Origin: a virus
Lineage: Duplodnaviria > Caudoviricetes
Virus record (IMG/VR): IMGVR_UViG_3300037070_006243
Location: 1 to 52,486 of that record
Length of the DNA stretch: 52,486 nucleotides
Reading direction: 5' to 3' (one strand)
Shown here: positions 8,194 through 16,380 of the stretch, piece after piece
Layout: every line of letters starts with the position of its first letter
Position numbering within the stretch: the first letter of the stretch is position 1
Notes under the pieces: generated by a model
What the model saw: only the letters and a program-made list of their open reading frames with translations
Told to the model about the DNA's origin: nothing
Databases searched by the model: none
Position numbers and translations under genes: made by a program

Positions 8194-8433
8194 ATGACTA
8201 TCAAAGAACGGGCGCAGATCATTCTGAGCCAGAACGGTTGGCGGCGCGATCCGCAGCCGAAGAGCGGAAAGTATGCGGTGTATATCCGCAACGGATCGCT
8301 GTCGAAGTTCTACCTCGGCACCCACGGCGCAATCAGGTTCGGCGCCACACAGGCGAAGTCGTATTCGATGAACCTCGCCACGCTGCAAGCGGTAGTGGTC
8401 GGGCATGGCCCGAATACGGAGGTCGAGCTATGA
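8194..8433 (+). CDS. Hypothetical early protein
   Basis: 79 aa, AAGGAGG RBS. Confidence 0.7.
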   Translation: MTIKERAQIILSQNGWRRDPQPKSGKYAVYIRNGSLSKFYLGTHGAIRFGATQAKSYSMNLATLQAVVVGHGPNTEVEL

Positions 8434-8594
8434 CTTGGGTCATCAGGAAGATATTCACCAATGGCTCCGGCGGCGAAGACGTCGCGTGTGTGTGGCCGCG
8501 TGAGTCGTGGCGCCTCGCCCAGCGCCTGCTCGTCGACTTCGAGCGGGACGACTTCACCTGCCGGTATGTGACACAGTGTCGGGGAGGGAAGTGA
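8430..8594 (+). CDS. Hypothetical early protein
   Basis: 54 aa, GGAGG RBS, ATGA overlap with previous gene. Confidence 0.6.
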   Translation: MTWVIRKIFTNGSGGEDVACVWPRESWRLAQRLLVDFERDDFTCRYVTQCRGGK

Positions 8595-8806
8595 TGGAAG
8601 TCCTTCTCTCAGAGTTCACCCGCGCTCGCATGGCACAGCGGAACCGCCAAGTGGAGGTGATGGAGCCCGGCCCTGATGGCCGGGACTGGTGCATAATCCC
8701 ATCCTCCACCCTGACCGCCGTCCAGTGCTTCTACGGCTCGGACGGCGACTTCGACGTCAACCTCAACCACTACCTTTCCCACCACACATCGAGGGCGATG
8801 AAATGA
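8594..8806 (+). CDS. Hypothetical early protein
   Basis: 70 aa, GGAGG RBS, TGATG overlap. Confidence 0.6.
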   Translation: MEVLLSEFTRARMAQRNRQVEVMEPGPDGRDWCIIPSSTLTAVQCFYGSDGDFDVNLNHYLSHHTSRAMK

Positions 8807-9069
8807 GCCACTATACCATCGACTACAAGGGGCTGACTCGGGAGCAGGCGATCACCAAGGCGGTCGAGGATATTAAGGAATATCTCGGCCCAAGGACGTG
8901 GGCAAAGCTGGAAGAAATGTTCCCCGGCGGCGCGAAGATCAGGCGCAGAGATTTCCGGAAGTGGATCAACTCCATCCATTTCGCCATGATGTTCGTCGGC
9001 GTCCGCGGCTTCCCGGTCTACGCCTACAAGCGGTATTTCTTCTACCGGGCCGAGGTGGTCGAGGGTTAA
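8803..9069 (+). CDS. Hypothetical early protein
   Basis: 88 aa (MSHYTIDYKG...), ATGA overlap. Confidence 0.65.
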   Translation: MSHYTIDYKGLTREQAITKAVEDIKEYLGPRTWAKLEEMFPGGAKIRRRDFRKWINSIHFAMMFVGVRGFPVYAYKRYFFYRAEVVEG

Positions 9070-9111
9070 TTTTCTGGGGTGGGCGGAAACGCCCATCACG
9101 GTGACTTAACC
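9064..9111 (+). promoter_or_regulatory. Intergenic two-tier stem-loop (candidate RNase III site)
   Basis: GGTTAA/TTAACC outer stem; GGTGGGCG-GAAA-CGCCCATC inner stem; RBS follows. Confidence 0.45.
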
Positions 9112-9123
9112 TAGGAGGCTACA

Positions 9124-9411
9124 ATGACAAGTGCAGTTGGTTACTGGCCGATGCTGAACGCCGTCGACGAGTATTACTACGTCGACTCGCCGAACGAAGG
9201 TTGCTGCTTAAATCCCTCCGCATGTTTCATGCTCATCCCCGAAGGTCCGGCGGCATACGTCCCGGAGGGAATTCAGGTCATCTACGACCCGACCTCGAAG
9301 TTTTTCTCCGGCGCAAAGAATTGCTTCGTGTGGCAGGGGGACGAAGGCAAAGACTACGGCCTGCGCCGCACCGGCCGAGACATCCCCTCTTACTCCCACA
9401 GGATGTTCTGA
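9124..9411 (+). CDS. Hypothetical early protein
   Basis: 95 aa, AGGAGG RBS. Confidence 0.7.
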   Translation: MTSAVGYWPMLNAVDEYYYVDSPNEGCCLNPSACFMLIPEGPAAYVPEGIQVIYDPTSKFFSGAKNCFVWQGDEGKDYGLRRTGRDIPSYSHRMF

Positions 9412-9412
9412 C

Positions 9413-9622
9413 ATGGCCGTGTTCGAGTCATTCTCCCCGGCGCTGAGGCGCGAACTGAACAAGGTGGTTCGCCCCTATCGCTACCTCTACCGCAACACCA
9501 CCGAGGCGATGAAGGATCGCGGGGAAACCCTGAACGTGCTCGACGTGCACGAGTTGAACCTCGTCGACGAGAGCGACCTTCGTGAGGTCTACTCCAACCG
9601 CAACCAGTTTTACGAGGGGTGA
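9413..9622 (+). CDS. Hypothetical early protein
   Basis: 69 aa, tiles between neighbours. Confidence 0.6.
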   Translation: MAVFESFSPALRRELNKVVRPYRYLYRNTTEAMKDRGETLNVLDVHELNLVDESDLREVYSNRNQFYEG

Positions 9623-9624
9623 AC

Positions 9625-9825
9625 ATGAAAATCGAAGGCTGGGTCGAAGAAATCGTGGAAGAAATGCTCCGTGGAAAAACAACCACGGGGCTTTCATCCG
9701 CTTTCATATTCGAAGGCACCCCTCAAGGTCATGCTTTCTGGGCAGAGTATGCCTACAAAAGAAAACCCTACGACGACAACTTCGAGACCACGCTGATACA
9801 TCTTCAGGCGCTACAGGAGGAATAA
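9625..9825 (+). CDS. Hypothetical early protein
   Basis: 66 aa, GAGG RBS. Confidence 0.6.
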   Translation: MKIEGWVEEIVEEMLRGKTTTGLSSAFIFEGTPQGHAFWAEYAYKRKPYDDNFETTLIHLQALQEE

Positions 9826-9832
9826 AGACTGA

Positions 9833-9876
9833 CTCCAACTTTCTAGGGGCGCGCAATCGCCCCTAGCTTGATGGAG
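9833..9876 (+). promoter_or_regulatory. Intergenic two-tier stem-loop (candidate RNase III site)
   Basis: CTCCA/TGGAG outer stem; CTAGGGGCG/CGCCCCTAG inner stem. Confidence 0.45.
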
Positions 9877-9901
9877 CCATTTCCATCCATAGGAGGCTAC
9901 A

Positions 9902-10096
9902 ATGAACGATCTCTTTTCTCGCAAGCAGATGAAGCTTCGCGCCGCGCTCACCACTCGCGCCCCGCTCCACAACGCGTTCCGCATCACCGTTTCCCCGGAC
10001 GTTTCCCTCGACACCCTTCGCGTGTTCAAGGCGGCGTTCGACAAGATCGAGGACCATCGGTCGGTGTACAATCACCCCGGCGTGGTGGCGCGGTGA
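9902..10096 (+). CDS. Hypothetical early protein
   Basis: 64 aa, AGGAGG RBS. Confidence 0.65.
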   Translation: MNDLFSRKQMKLRAALTTRAPLHNAFRITVSPDVSLDTLRVFKAAFDKIEDHRSVYNHPGVVAR

Positions 10097-10584
10097 AACT
10101 CTACAACCCCTCCAACTACCTCGACGTGGAGGCTATCCTCTCCACCGCCCTCGAACGACAAAGCGAGGGCGGTATTTTCTACACCATGCGAAATTACGGC
10201 GAGACCGTAAAGTTCATCCAACGCGTGGGGGAATATCGGAAGGCACTTCAGCAACTCGACGCGCGAGGACATTCCGACGGCCGGCCCGGAGCTTCCCGGT
10301 ATGATATGGTGATGATAACTCGCCCGTGCGGGTGTCACCAAGGGTGCGTGTTCCGCAAAAAGGACGGGCCGGAGGGAACCTGTACCCCGACAATCCACAT
10401 TGGTTTCCGCAACGTCATCCGCGGAACGATCACTGATGTGGCTGGGAAGAGGCTGGACGTACATGTCCCCGAAACCTTCCACCATTCGGAGCTAACATCG
10501 GCACCGGATGCACTCGTTGAAACCGCGGTGGAGCTACGGAAGAAGCTCGCTGCTAAGATGAAAGGAGAGATAATTGATGGTTGA
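10093..10584 (+). CDS. Hypothetical protein
   Basis: 163 aa from GTG overlapping the previous stop (GTGA). Confidence 0.65.
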   Translation: MKLYNPSNYLDVEAILSTALERQSEGGIFYTMRNYGETVKFIQRVGEYRKALQQLDARGHSDGRPGASRYDMVMITRPCGCHQGCVFRKKDGPEGTCTPTIHIGFRNVIRGTITDVAGKRLDVHVPETFHHSELTSAPDALVETAVELRKKLAAKMKGEIIDG

Positions 10585-10789
10585 AATAGGCGTCTCCGGC
10601 GACACCCTCGACCTGCTTCGGGAATATTCCGAGGCAGGCGGGAACATCTCCATCTCCAACGCGGTTCTACAACCGAACGGAACCTTCCTCGTCCGTGTGC
10701 CGGGGAAGTTCTTCCGTGACGCCCTGCGCTTTTCTTCCGTAGACGTCGACGAGATAGTCGCGGATTATCTCGGGAGCCTTTTGGGATGA
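10577..10789 (+). CDS. Hypothetical protein
   Basis: 70 aa, AGGAG RBS. Confidence 0.6.
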   Translation: MVEIGVSGDTLDLLREYSEAGGNISISNAVLQPNGTFLVRVPGKFFRDALRFSSVDVDEIVADYLGSLLG

Positions 10790-11151
10790 TCCTCTACCGC
10801 TACGTTCGAGGGGCATTCACCGAAGCGGACAATCGTCCGTTTTTGGGACAACAGCCGGACCTTCCCCTCTGCAAACCGATGCTTAGCACCCACGCAGTAG
10901 AAAAGGAGACCCCAAAGGGATATTGGATCGCGGATGAGATGGGCAGGAGAAAGTTTGTCCTCAAAGGCCGCGGAAAACGCTACGCTCATGAAACTCTCGA
11001 GTGGGCGCTCGAAAGCTTCATCCGCCGCAGGGAGCACTACATCATATGGCTTCGCCATGAACTTCGTGCGTCCGAGGTCGTCCTCGGAACCGCCAAGGAT
11101 TGGGCAGCGAACGGTATTCCGGAGGAAGTCAATGTCTATGTCTTCGGATGA
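10786..11151 (+). CDS. Hypothetical phage protein
   Basis: 121 aa with VEKETPKGYWI...RKFV...KRYAHET...ALESF pattern typical of small phage proteins. Confidence 0.7.
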   Translation: MILYRYVRGAFTEADNRPFLGQQPDLPLCKPMLSTHAVEKETPKGYWIADEMGRRKFVLKGRGKRYAHETLEWALESFIRRREHYIIWLRHELRASEVVLGTAKDWAANGIPEEVNVYVFG

Positions 11152-11368
11152 CCTCTGGCGGGAGTCCCGGAAGTACGTCGAACCGTGCCTGATCATCTTC
11201 CGCACACCCTCCGGCGCCTACGCCAGCTACTCCCGCAACTACAACTTCGCGGGATACCTATCCCCGCTCACCTGTATAGAGGAACTAACCTTCCCCGAAG
11301 TCATCACCCGCCCACCGCTGGAAATCGTCCCACTCTTCCCCAAACTCAAACTGGAGATTAAACTATGA
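11132..11368 (+). CDS. Hypothetical protein
   Basis: 78 aa, GGAGG RBS, ends ...PKLKLEIKL. Confidence 0.6.
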   Translation: MSMSSDDLWRESRKYVEPCLIIFRTPSGAYASYSRNYNFAGYLSPLTCIEELTFPEVITRPPLEIVPLFPKLKLEIKL

Positions 11369-11541
11369 GTTGGCTTCTCATCCTCTTCGCAACCACCACA
11401 GGAATGTCCGTGGTCGCCGCCTACGACTCCCTCGACGCCTGCACCGCTGCATCCGCCGCATTCACTTCCGAGGCAATCCGCAATCTCCCCGACAACCGAC
11501 CGGGGATTTTCTGCGTCGCCGTTCCCACCCCGACCAACTAA
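11365..11541 (+). CDS. Small exported/membrane protein (58 aa, not in ORF track)
   Basis: MSWLLILFATTTGMSVVAAYDSLDAC...IFCVAVP; GGAG RBS; hydrophobic N-terminus and a Cys pair. Confidence 0.6.
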   Translation: MSWLLILFATTTGMSVVAAYDSLDACTAASAAFTSEAIRNLPDNRPGIFCVAVPTPTN

Positions 11542-11552
11542 GGAGATACAAT

Positions 11553-11723
11553 GTGGGCGGCGAAGCGCCGAAGGGAACCTCCATCCGTGGCGTGCTGACC
11601 GAGGCGTTCCGCCGCAAGGGTTGGTCGGAGACGCATGGGGAGAAGAAGCTCTTCATCACCGCGGCGAAGAAGGAGGACGTCCCCGACTACGCCACGCTCC
11701 TCAACGATGAGGTTCCGTTCTAA
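11553..11723 (+). CDS. Small protein ending in an SSB-like acidic tip (NDEVPF)
   Basis: AAGGAG RBS then GTG at 11553; 56 aa; start codon uncertain. Confidence 0.5.
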   Translation: MGGEAPKGTSIRGVLTEAFRRKGWSETHGEKKLFITAAKKEDVPDYATLLNDEVPF

Positions 11724-11770
11724 GCCTCAATCTGTGGCCGTATCACGCGGCCACAGTCTCGGGCTTAGAA
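11718..11770 (+). promoter_or_regulatory. Intergenic two-tier stem-loop (candidate RNase III site)
   Basis: TTCTAAGCC/GGCTTAGAA outer stem; CTGTGGCCG/CGGCCACAG inner stem; RBS follows. Confidence 0.5.
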
Positions 11771-11782
11771 GAGGAGAACCCG

Positions 11783-11854
11783 ATGGAAGGAATACTCGCC
11801 GTGATCATTTGGTTGGGGATGCTCTACATCCTCGACCACGACGCAGGAGGGTGA
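11783..11854 (+). CDS. Hydrophobic micropeptide (23 aa)
   Basis: GAGGAG RBS; MEGILAVIIWLGMLYILDHDAGG. Confidence 0.4.
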   Translation: MEGILAVIIWLGMLYILDHDAGG

Positions 11855-11858
11855 AGAT

Positions 11859-12056
11859 GTGCGCCGCCGTATCACCGTGGTCCTCTCCCGAGAAGGCCAT
11901 CGCATAAGCTATACCTCTACCTCCACAATCGACGCCCTAGATTACGCCGAACACATGGCACTCTGGGGCTTTCACCATGACGCAACGAAGAAGGAAACAA
12001 TCTATGCGCCTGACAGTCATTCATATTCGCGGTGGACAGCCGCGCGCCTACGCTGA
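11859..12056 (+). CDS. Hypothetical protein
   Basis: 65 aa, AGGAGG RBS, GTG start. Confidence 0.5.
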   Translation: MRRRITVVLSREGHRISYTSTSTIDALDYAEHMALWGFHHDATKKETIYAPDSHSYSRWTAARLR

Positions 12057-12327
12057 CTCGGAGCAGGTTAACCAGCTAAAGTTCGAATATCAGCCGTGGA
12101 TTATCGGGGAGGGTCATTCAGATGATTGGGAACCCGCGAAGCTTACCCCCGAGCGTGTGATCGAGTGGGCGCGGGTGGCGCAGGTCGGCTACACGAATCG
12201 CCTCTACGGCGAACGGCGGGAAGGCGAAGGGATGATGGAAGCTGCCTTCGCCACCTACCTCGACTACATCCGCGAAGTCTCTCCCGGTGTGTGGGAAATC
12301 CGCACCGTTTCTCCATACACGGATTAA
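12004..12327 (+). CDS. Hypothetical protein
   Basis: 107 aa (MRLTVIHIRGG...), AAGGA RBS. Confidence 0.65.
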   Translation: MRLTVIHIRGGQPRAYADSEQVNQLKFEYQPWIIGEGHSDDWEPAKLTPERVIEWARVAQVGYTNRLYGERREGEGMMEAAFATYLDYIREVSPGVWEIRTVSPYTD

Positions 12328-12331
12328 GTAG

Positions 12332-12547
12332 ATGAAAATCCACGCACCATCAGTAGTCGCAGACCTCCTCATGCTCGCGGCGGTTAGGATCGAAATCGCC
12401 CTCAACAGAGGGGAATTGGCCGAACTCGATGCCATTCTTCTTCACCTTATCAACACCTCCGACGTGAAGACCGACGAATGCGCAATCCGCATTTTCGAGG
12501 CAGCGCGGACTTCCATATCCCACGTAGCACATGAGGTAGATTCGTGA
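12332..12547 (+). CDS. Hypothetical protein
   Basis: 71 aa, coupled to the helicase start (GTGA). Confidence 0.55.
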   Translation: MKIHAPSVVADLLMLAAVRIEIALNRGELAELDAILLHLINTSDVKTDECAIRIFEAARTSISHVAHEVDS

Positions 12548-13971
12548 AACAGCCCACCCACGAGCAACTCGCAATCGTCGACTTCATCCGCTCTCGTAAA
12601 GAGAACCTCCAAATCGACGCCAAGGCCGGGACCGGTAAAACCACAACTCTCGTCGACATTGCCGAAGCCTATCCCCTCCCCACCATCGCCATCGCGTTCA
12701 ATAAGAAGAACGCGGAGGACCTAGGCAAGCGTATGCCCTCCCATGTTGAATCGAAAACCCAACACTCCGTGGGTTTCGCGGCGACAAAGAAATACCTCAC
12801 CACGAAGTGCACGGTCAACTTCAACAAGAAGCACCAGATCATCAAGGAATACATCGAGGGCTTGGGCGCCGTCGACAAATCCGAAGCCTACAACTCCTTC
12901 TCCGATATCCGCAAGGCCATCGATTTCGGATATTCCTCCGGCTGGATTCCCGAAACCGGCCGCTTCCCCGTTCGCGGACTTATCGAGGACCATGAGTTCG
13001 AAGCTTCCCTCGAGTTCGAACCCTCCAACCTCGAGCGGAAGATCATCCGCGTGTGCATGACCAAATGCATCGAGGAGGGACTAAAAGGTAACATCGACTT
13101 TGACGATATGGTGTACCTCCCCGCCCTTTGGCCGATGACCCTGCCGCAATATCCGCACACCATGGTGGATGAGGCGCAGGACATATCTCCCCTCGGCCAC
13201 CGCCTGATTGATAAAATGGTCGGTAAGAACCGCCTCACCGCGGTCGGCGATCCGTGTCAGGCAATCTACGCCTTCCGAGGCGCGGATGAAACCTCCATGT
13301 CCACCATGCGTGAACGCTTCGACATGTCTACCCTCCCCCTGAACATCGCCTTCCGCTGCCCGAGGGAGGTTATCCGCAACGTCCACTGGCGGGCGCCGGA
13401 AATGACGTGGCCGGAGTGGGCGATCGACGGCGAAGTTCGCACAATGGGGAAATGGGATTCTTCCCTCGTCCCCGACGGTGCGTACCTAATCTGCCGGAAC
13501 AACGCTCCGATCTTCCGCATGGCGATGCGTTTCATCCGCGACGGGCGCAAACCCAAGGTCCTCGGCAACGACATCACCGCCGGGATTGTTAAGTCCCTTC
13601 GGAATATATCGAAGGACGACCGCCTCCCATCTGAGCAGGCGCTGGAACTCTTCGAAACCGAGGCGCGGAAGCTTCGCGTTAAGTACAAGAACTCCGGCTC
13701 CATCAACGACAAGATCGAGTGCATCGAAAACTTCCTCATCGACCAACCAACACTTGGCCTCGCCATCCTCCGCGCAAAATCCATCATGGACCTCGACGGA
13801 AACGTGCAGATGATGACCGGGCACCGATCCAAAGGAGGGGAAGCGAAGGAAGTCTTCTTCCTCGACCAGCACCTTGTCAAGGACGAGGGCCAGGATCGCA
13901 ACCTCCGCTACGTCATCTGCACCCGCGCACAGGAGCGCCTCACCTACATCACCACGGAGGAGATGGAATGA
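12544..13971 (+). CDS. Superfamily I (UvrD/Rep-like) DNA helicase
   Basis: AKAGTGKT (Walker A), VDEAQD, GDPCQAIYAFRGA, FRCP, TGHRSKGGE, YVICTRA motifs. Confidence 0.92.
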   Translation: MKQPTHEQLAIVDFIRSRKENLQIDAKAGTGKTTTLVDIAEAYPLPTIAIAFNKKNAEDLGKRMPSHVESKTQHSVGFAATKKYLTTKCTVNFNKKHQIIKEYIEGLGAVDKSEAYNSFSDIRKAIDFGYSSGWIPETGRFPVRGLIEDHEFEASLEFEPSNLERKIIRVCMTKCIEEGLKGNIDFDDMVYLPALWPMTLPQYPHTMVDEAQDISPLGHRLIDKMVGKNRLTAVGDPCQAIYAFRGADETSMSTMRERFDMSTLPLNIAFRCPREVIRNVHWRAPEMTWPEWAIDGEVRTMGKWDSSLVPDGAYLICRNNAPIFRMAMRFIRDGRKPKVLGNDITAGIVKSLRNISKDDRLPSEQALELFETEARKLRVKYKNSGSINDKIECIENFLIDQPTLGLAILRAKSIMDLDGNVQMMTGHRSKGGEAKEVFFLDQHLVKDEGQDRNLRYVICTRAQERLTYITTEEME

Positions 13972-14213
13972 CCTCTACAGACATGAAAGATCGACTTCGC
14001 TCTATGGCTATAGATTGGCGCGCCGCCGCCGAAGCTGAGGAGGCGGTTTTCCAAAGCTTCGCCTATGTTCGCGAGGCTTTCCATGCCGGAGATCGATCTG
14101 AGACAATAATGCACCGTCTTCGTATCAGCAATGATGCTCGGGGCAATCGTGATCGTTTTCTTCGTGATGCGGATTGCCTAGAATGGTTATTGAAAACGGA
14201 GGAGATGGAATGA
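13954..14213 (+). repeat. 18-bp direct repeats ACGGAGGAGATGGAATGA at 13954-13971 and 14196-14213
   Basis: Exact repeat containing RBS, stop and start; both genes end TEEME. Confidence 0.9.
13968..14213 (+). CDS. Hypothetical protein between direct repeats
   Basis: 81 aa, ATGA overlap, GGAGG RBS. Confidence 0.65.
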   Translation: MTSTDMKDRLRSMAIDWRAAAEAEEAVFQSFAYVREAFHAGDRSETIMHRLRISNDARGNRDRFLRDADCLEWLLKTEEME

Positions 14214-14362
14214 GTTGGGTTCAAACTCTAGCCTTATTCGTTCTCCTCGCCAGCATCTCTCTCACCGTCAACAAAACCCTAACCCTCGTGGAAGATCAAT
14301 GTCCAATAGCTTCCTCAACTTCATCCTCTCCCTTGCTCTCTGGCTCGGCCTCGTTGCCATAG
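14210..14362 (+). CDS. Small membrane protein
   Basis: 50 aa, hydrophobic N-terminus MSWVQTLALFVLLASISLTV. Confidence 0.45.
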   Translation: MSWVQTLALFVLLASISLTVNKTLTLVEDQCPIASSTSSSPLLSGSASLP

Positions 14363-14409
14363 TCGTACTGATCCTCGTCGGCTTCCTCGCGAAGCGGAGG
14401 GATGATTAA
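14299..14409 (+). CDS. Small single-TM protein
   Basis: 36 aa MSNSFLNFILSLALWLGLVAIVVLILVGFLAKRRDD. Confidence 0.5.
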   Translation: MSNSFLNFILSLALWLGLVAIVVLILVGFLAKRRDD

Positions 14410-14594
14410 TGAAAACCACCACCACTCTCTTCCTCCACAACCCATCCGGGGAGGTAGTCGCTCACACCGACTCTCCCGTCGCGATGGACATGCAACTTCG
14501 TCACGCGGCTAAAGGCTCCTTTGTTACGGTAGAAACCAAGGAGATTATCGTCAACCGCGCCTTTCTTCAACGGCGCTTCCCAGAGTACTTCTAA
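14409..14594 (+). CDS. Hypothetical protein
   Basis: 61 aa, GGAGG RBS, TAATG overlap. Confidence 0.6.
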   Translation: MKTTTTLFLHNPSGEVVAHTDSPVAMDMQLRHAAKGSFVTVETKEIIVNRAFLQRRFPEYF

Positions 14595-14773
14595 TGATTC
14601 AAATGCGCTACGCCCCGAAAGATCGCCCGATTCTCCTCCACTTCCCAAAAGGATGGATACAGGGAAGATGGCACGGAACGGGATGGTATCCTATTCGCCT
14701 CGATTCCCACGGCTGCGGATGCTGTGCGGAGGAAAACCCCGAACCCGATGGCTGGCAAGAGCTTCCCCAATGA
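14594..14773 (+). CDS. Small DUF551-like phage protein (59 aa, not in ORF track)
   Basis: APKDRPILL...W...PDGWQELP pattern. Confidence 0.55.
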   Translation: MIQMRYAPKDRPILLHFPKGWIQGRWHGTGWYPIRLDSHGCGCCAEENPEPDGWQELPQ

Positions 14774-14949
14774 AAACCAAAGAAGAACAACACAAAGAGG
14801 CTATATTCTACATCCGCAACCTCGCCCGCATGGATAAAGTGCTGGAAATAATCAGCGAGGCAACCTCTCGCATCTACTACATCGGCCACAACGACGGTGC
14901 TCGAAGCGAAGCGGATTTCCCCCGGTCGAAGGGAGAAATGGGCCAATGA
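14770..14949 (+). CDS. Hypothetical protein
   Basis: 59 aa MKTKEEQHKEA..., ATGA overlap. Confidence 0.5.
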   Translation: MKTKEEQHKEAIFYIRNLARMDKVLEIISEATSRIYYIGHNDGARSEADFPRSKGEMGQ

Positions 14950-15122
14950 CCCTCTTCATCGTCCTAACCTACTGCGTTGCCAACCTATGCTACACCGTAG
15001 AACTCCCAACCACCTCCTGCGGCGGCGCACAAACAATCGTCGAAGCCTCAACCTGGCTTTACGCCGCCCACCCGACCGCCACTGTGCAAGATGTGAGGTG
15101 CGCAGTAGGCGAATCACTGTGA
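14946..15122 (+). CDS. Small Cys-rich exported protein (58 aa, not in ORF track)
   Basis: MTLFIVLTYCVANLC...C..AQ...A.W...HP...V..VRC, a pattern I associate with small alphaproteobacterial proteins. Confidence 0.55.
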   Translation: MTLFIVLTYCVANLCYTVELPTTSCGGAQTIVEASTWLYAAHPTATVQDVRCAVGESL

Positions 15123-15124
15123 AC

Positions 15125-15167
15125 GGAGGATGTGTACACATGCACGCTGCACCCATACACATCCTCC
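15125..15167. promoter_or_regulatory. 12-bp inverted repeat (operator or hairpin)
   Basis: GGAGGATGTGTA 15125-15136 / TACACATCCTCC 15156-15167. Confidence 0.55.
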
Positions 15168-15259
15168 ACGCGCCGCCTTGCCTTCCCCGCCCTAACGTGA
15201 TAGGGTACATACCAAGGCCCAACTACGCCTTTTTCTAGCCTGACCCGACGAGATTTTTC

Positions 15260-15288
15260 TTGCCTTTGCCGTGCATATCGACTATCTT
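15260..15288 (+). promoter_or_regulatory. Sigma70-type promoter for the middle/replication block
   Basis: TTGCCT-17 bp-TATCTT, 36 bp upstream of ATG 15325. Confidence 0.5.
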
Positions 15289-15324
15289 TTCCTGACTACC
15301 CTGAAGCCATAACTGGAGCACCCA

Positions 15325-15867
15325 ATGGCATCCTTCAAGTCCTACGGCCGCGCTTTCAACGTCGCCGATCGCTACGCTGCCGGTCACGTCATCAACGACA
15401 ACGAGGCCGGTGTCCTGAACCAGCAGATGGCGGAGATGATCTCTCACCGCCTCCGCAATCAGGTTCTCGTCGACCTCGCCAAGGGCGACACCGTTCCCGA
15501 GGAACTCGCCGCCGACGCCGACGCCTTTGTCGCAGAGGCCGCGGCTTCGTTCGACTTCGGCACCGCCGCCTCCCGCGAAAAGCTTTCTCCGCTGGAGAAG
15601 GAAGCGCGGACCATCGCCGAGCGGCACGTTCTCGAAGCCGTCAAGAGCGCCGGCCTCACCGTCGGCAAGCGCGGAGTCGGGGAAAAGACCGACGACGCCG
15701 GTGTCGTCACTCCCGCCGTCCCGGAAGAGACCGGCGAGGGCATCTACGCCTACTCCACTTTCCGCGCCAAGGTTCGCGAAATCGCGAAGGACCCGGAGGT
15801 CGTCAAGTCGGCCACTTCCGTCCTCGAAGCCCGGAACAAGAAGGGGAAGGTCTCCGTTGCCTTGTAA
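15325..15867 (+). CDS. Conserved-looking hypothetical protein, probably highly expressed
   Basis: 180 aa, GGAG RBS, strongly biased codons, own promoter and downstream structured region. Confidence 0.8.
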   Translation: MASFKSYGRAFNVADRYAAGHVINDNEAGVLNQQMAEMISHRLRNQVLVDLAKGDTVPEELAADADAFVAEAAASFDFGTAASREKLSPLEKEARTIAERHVLEAVKSAGLTVGKRGVGEKTDDAGVVTPAVPEETGEGIYAYSTFRAKVREIAKDPEVVKSATSVLEARNKKGKVSVAL

Positions 15868-16022
15868 TTCCGCACCACGCCGCTGTCCGTTTCCTCTCCG
15901 GAACAAGGCGGCGTAACGCGGATGAGCCGTCGTCGTGGTGCACATTTAAAACATGAGCGCGGAAGGCACGGCGGCGGTTCGGGGAGAGGTGAGAAAGCCT
16001 CTCCCCACCCCTCGGAGACAAC

Positions 16023-16226
16023 ATGACCGAACTTGAACTCCTCCACATCCTAGGCCGGGCGCATCAATCCGCGCTCGGCATTTGTGTGAAAACCAACTCC
16101 CCCGAACGCCTCCGAGCGAAGCTTTACCCCGTTATGCGGAAGAATAACTTTTCCGGTTTGTCCCTTTCTATCTCCCCCAACGCTGATGAATTATGGATTG
16201 TGAAAAATGAGCCTGACACGGCATAA
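16023..16226 (+). CDS. Hypothetical protein
   Basis: 67 aa, GGAG RBS. Confidence 0.65.
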   Translation: MTELELLHILGRAHQSALGICVKTNSPERLRAKLYPVMRKNNFSGLSLSISPNADELWIVKNEPDTA

Positions 16227-16380
16227 CATAGTCCTCTACGACGGGGATATGGAGAAGATGAAGGAGTACTACCCCAACCGGGCCTCCCTCATCATTCGAG
16301 AACTTGTCCGCCGGCATCTAGTCGAGCGCGCATCCAGCGCACCAAACATCGTGATCTCTTTGGAGAAACCAAGTGAGTGA
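16207..16380 (+). CDS. Putative ribbon-helix-helix DNA-binding protein (57 aa, not in ORF track)
   Basis: TRHNIVLYDGDMEKMKE...ASLIIRELVRRHL fits an RHH strand-helix-helix pattern. Confidence 0.5.
   Translation: MSLTRHNIVLYDGDMEKMKEYYPNRASLIIRELVRRHLVERASSAPNIVISLEKPSE

Noticed and set aside
15868-16015. tRNA gene
   Set aside because: No T-loop GTTCRA, cloverleaf or CCA end seen here; none noticed elsewhere by eye
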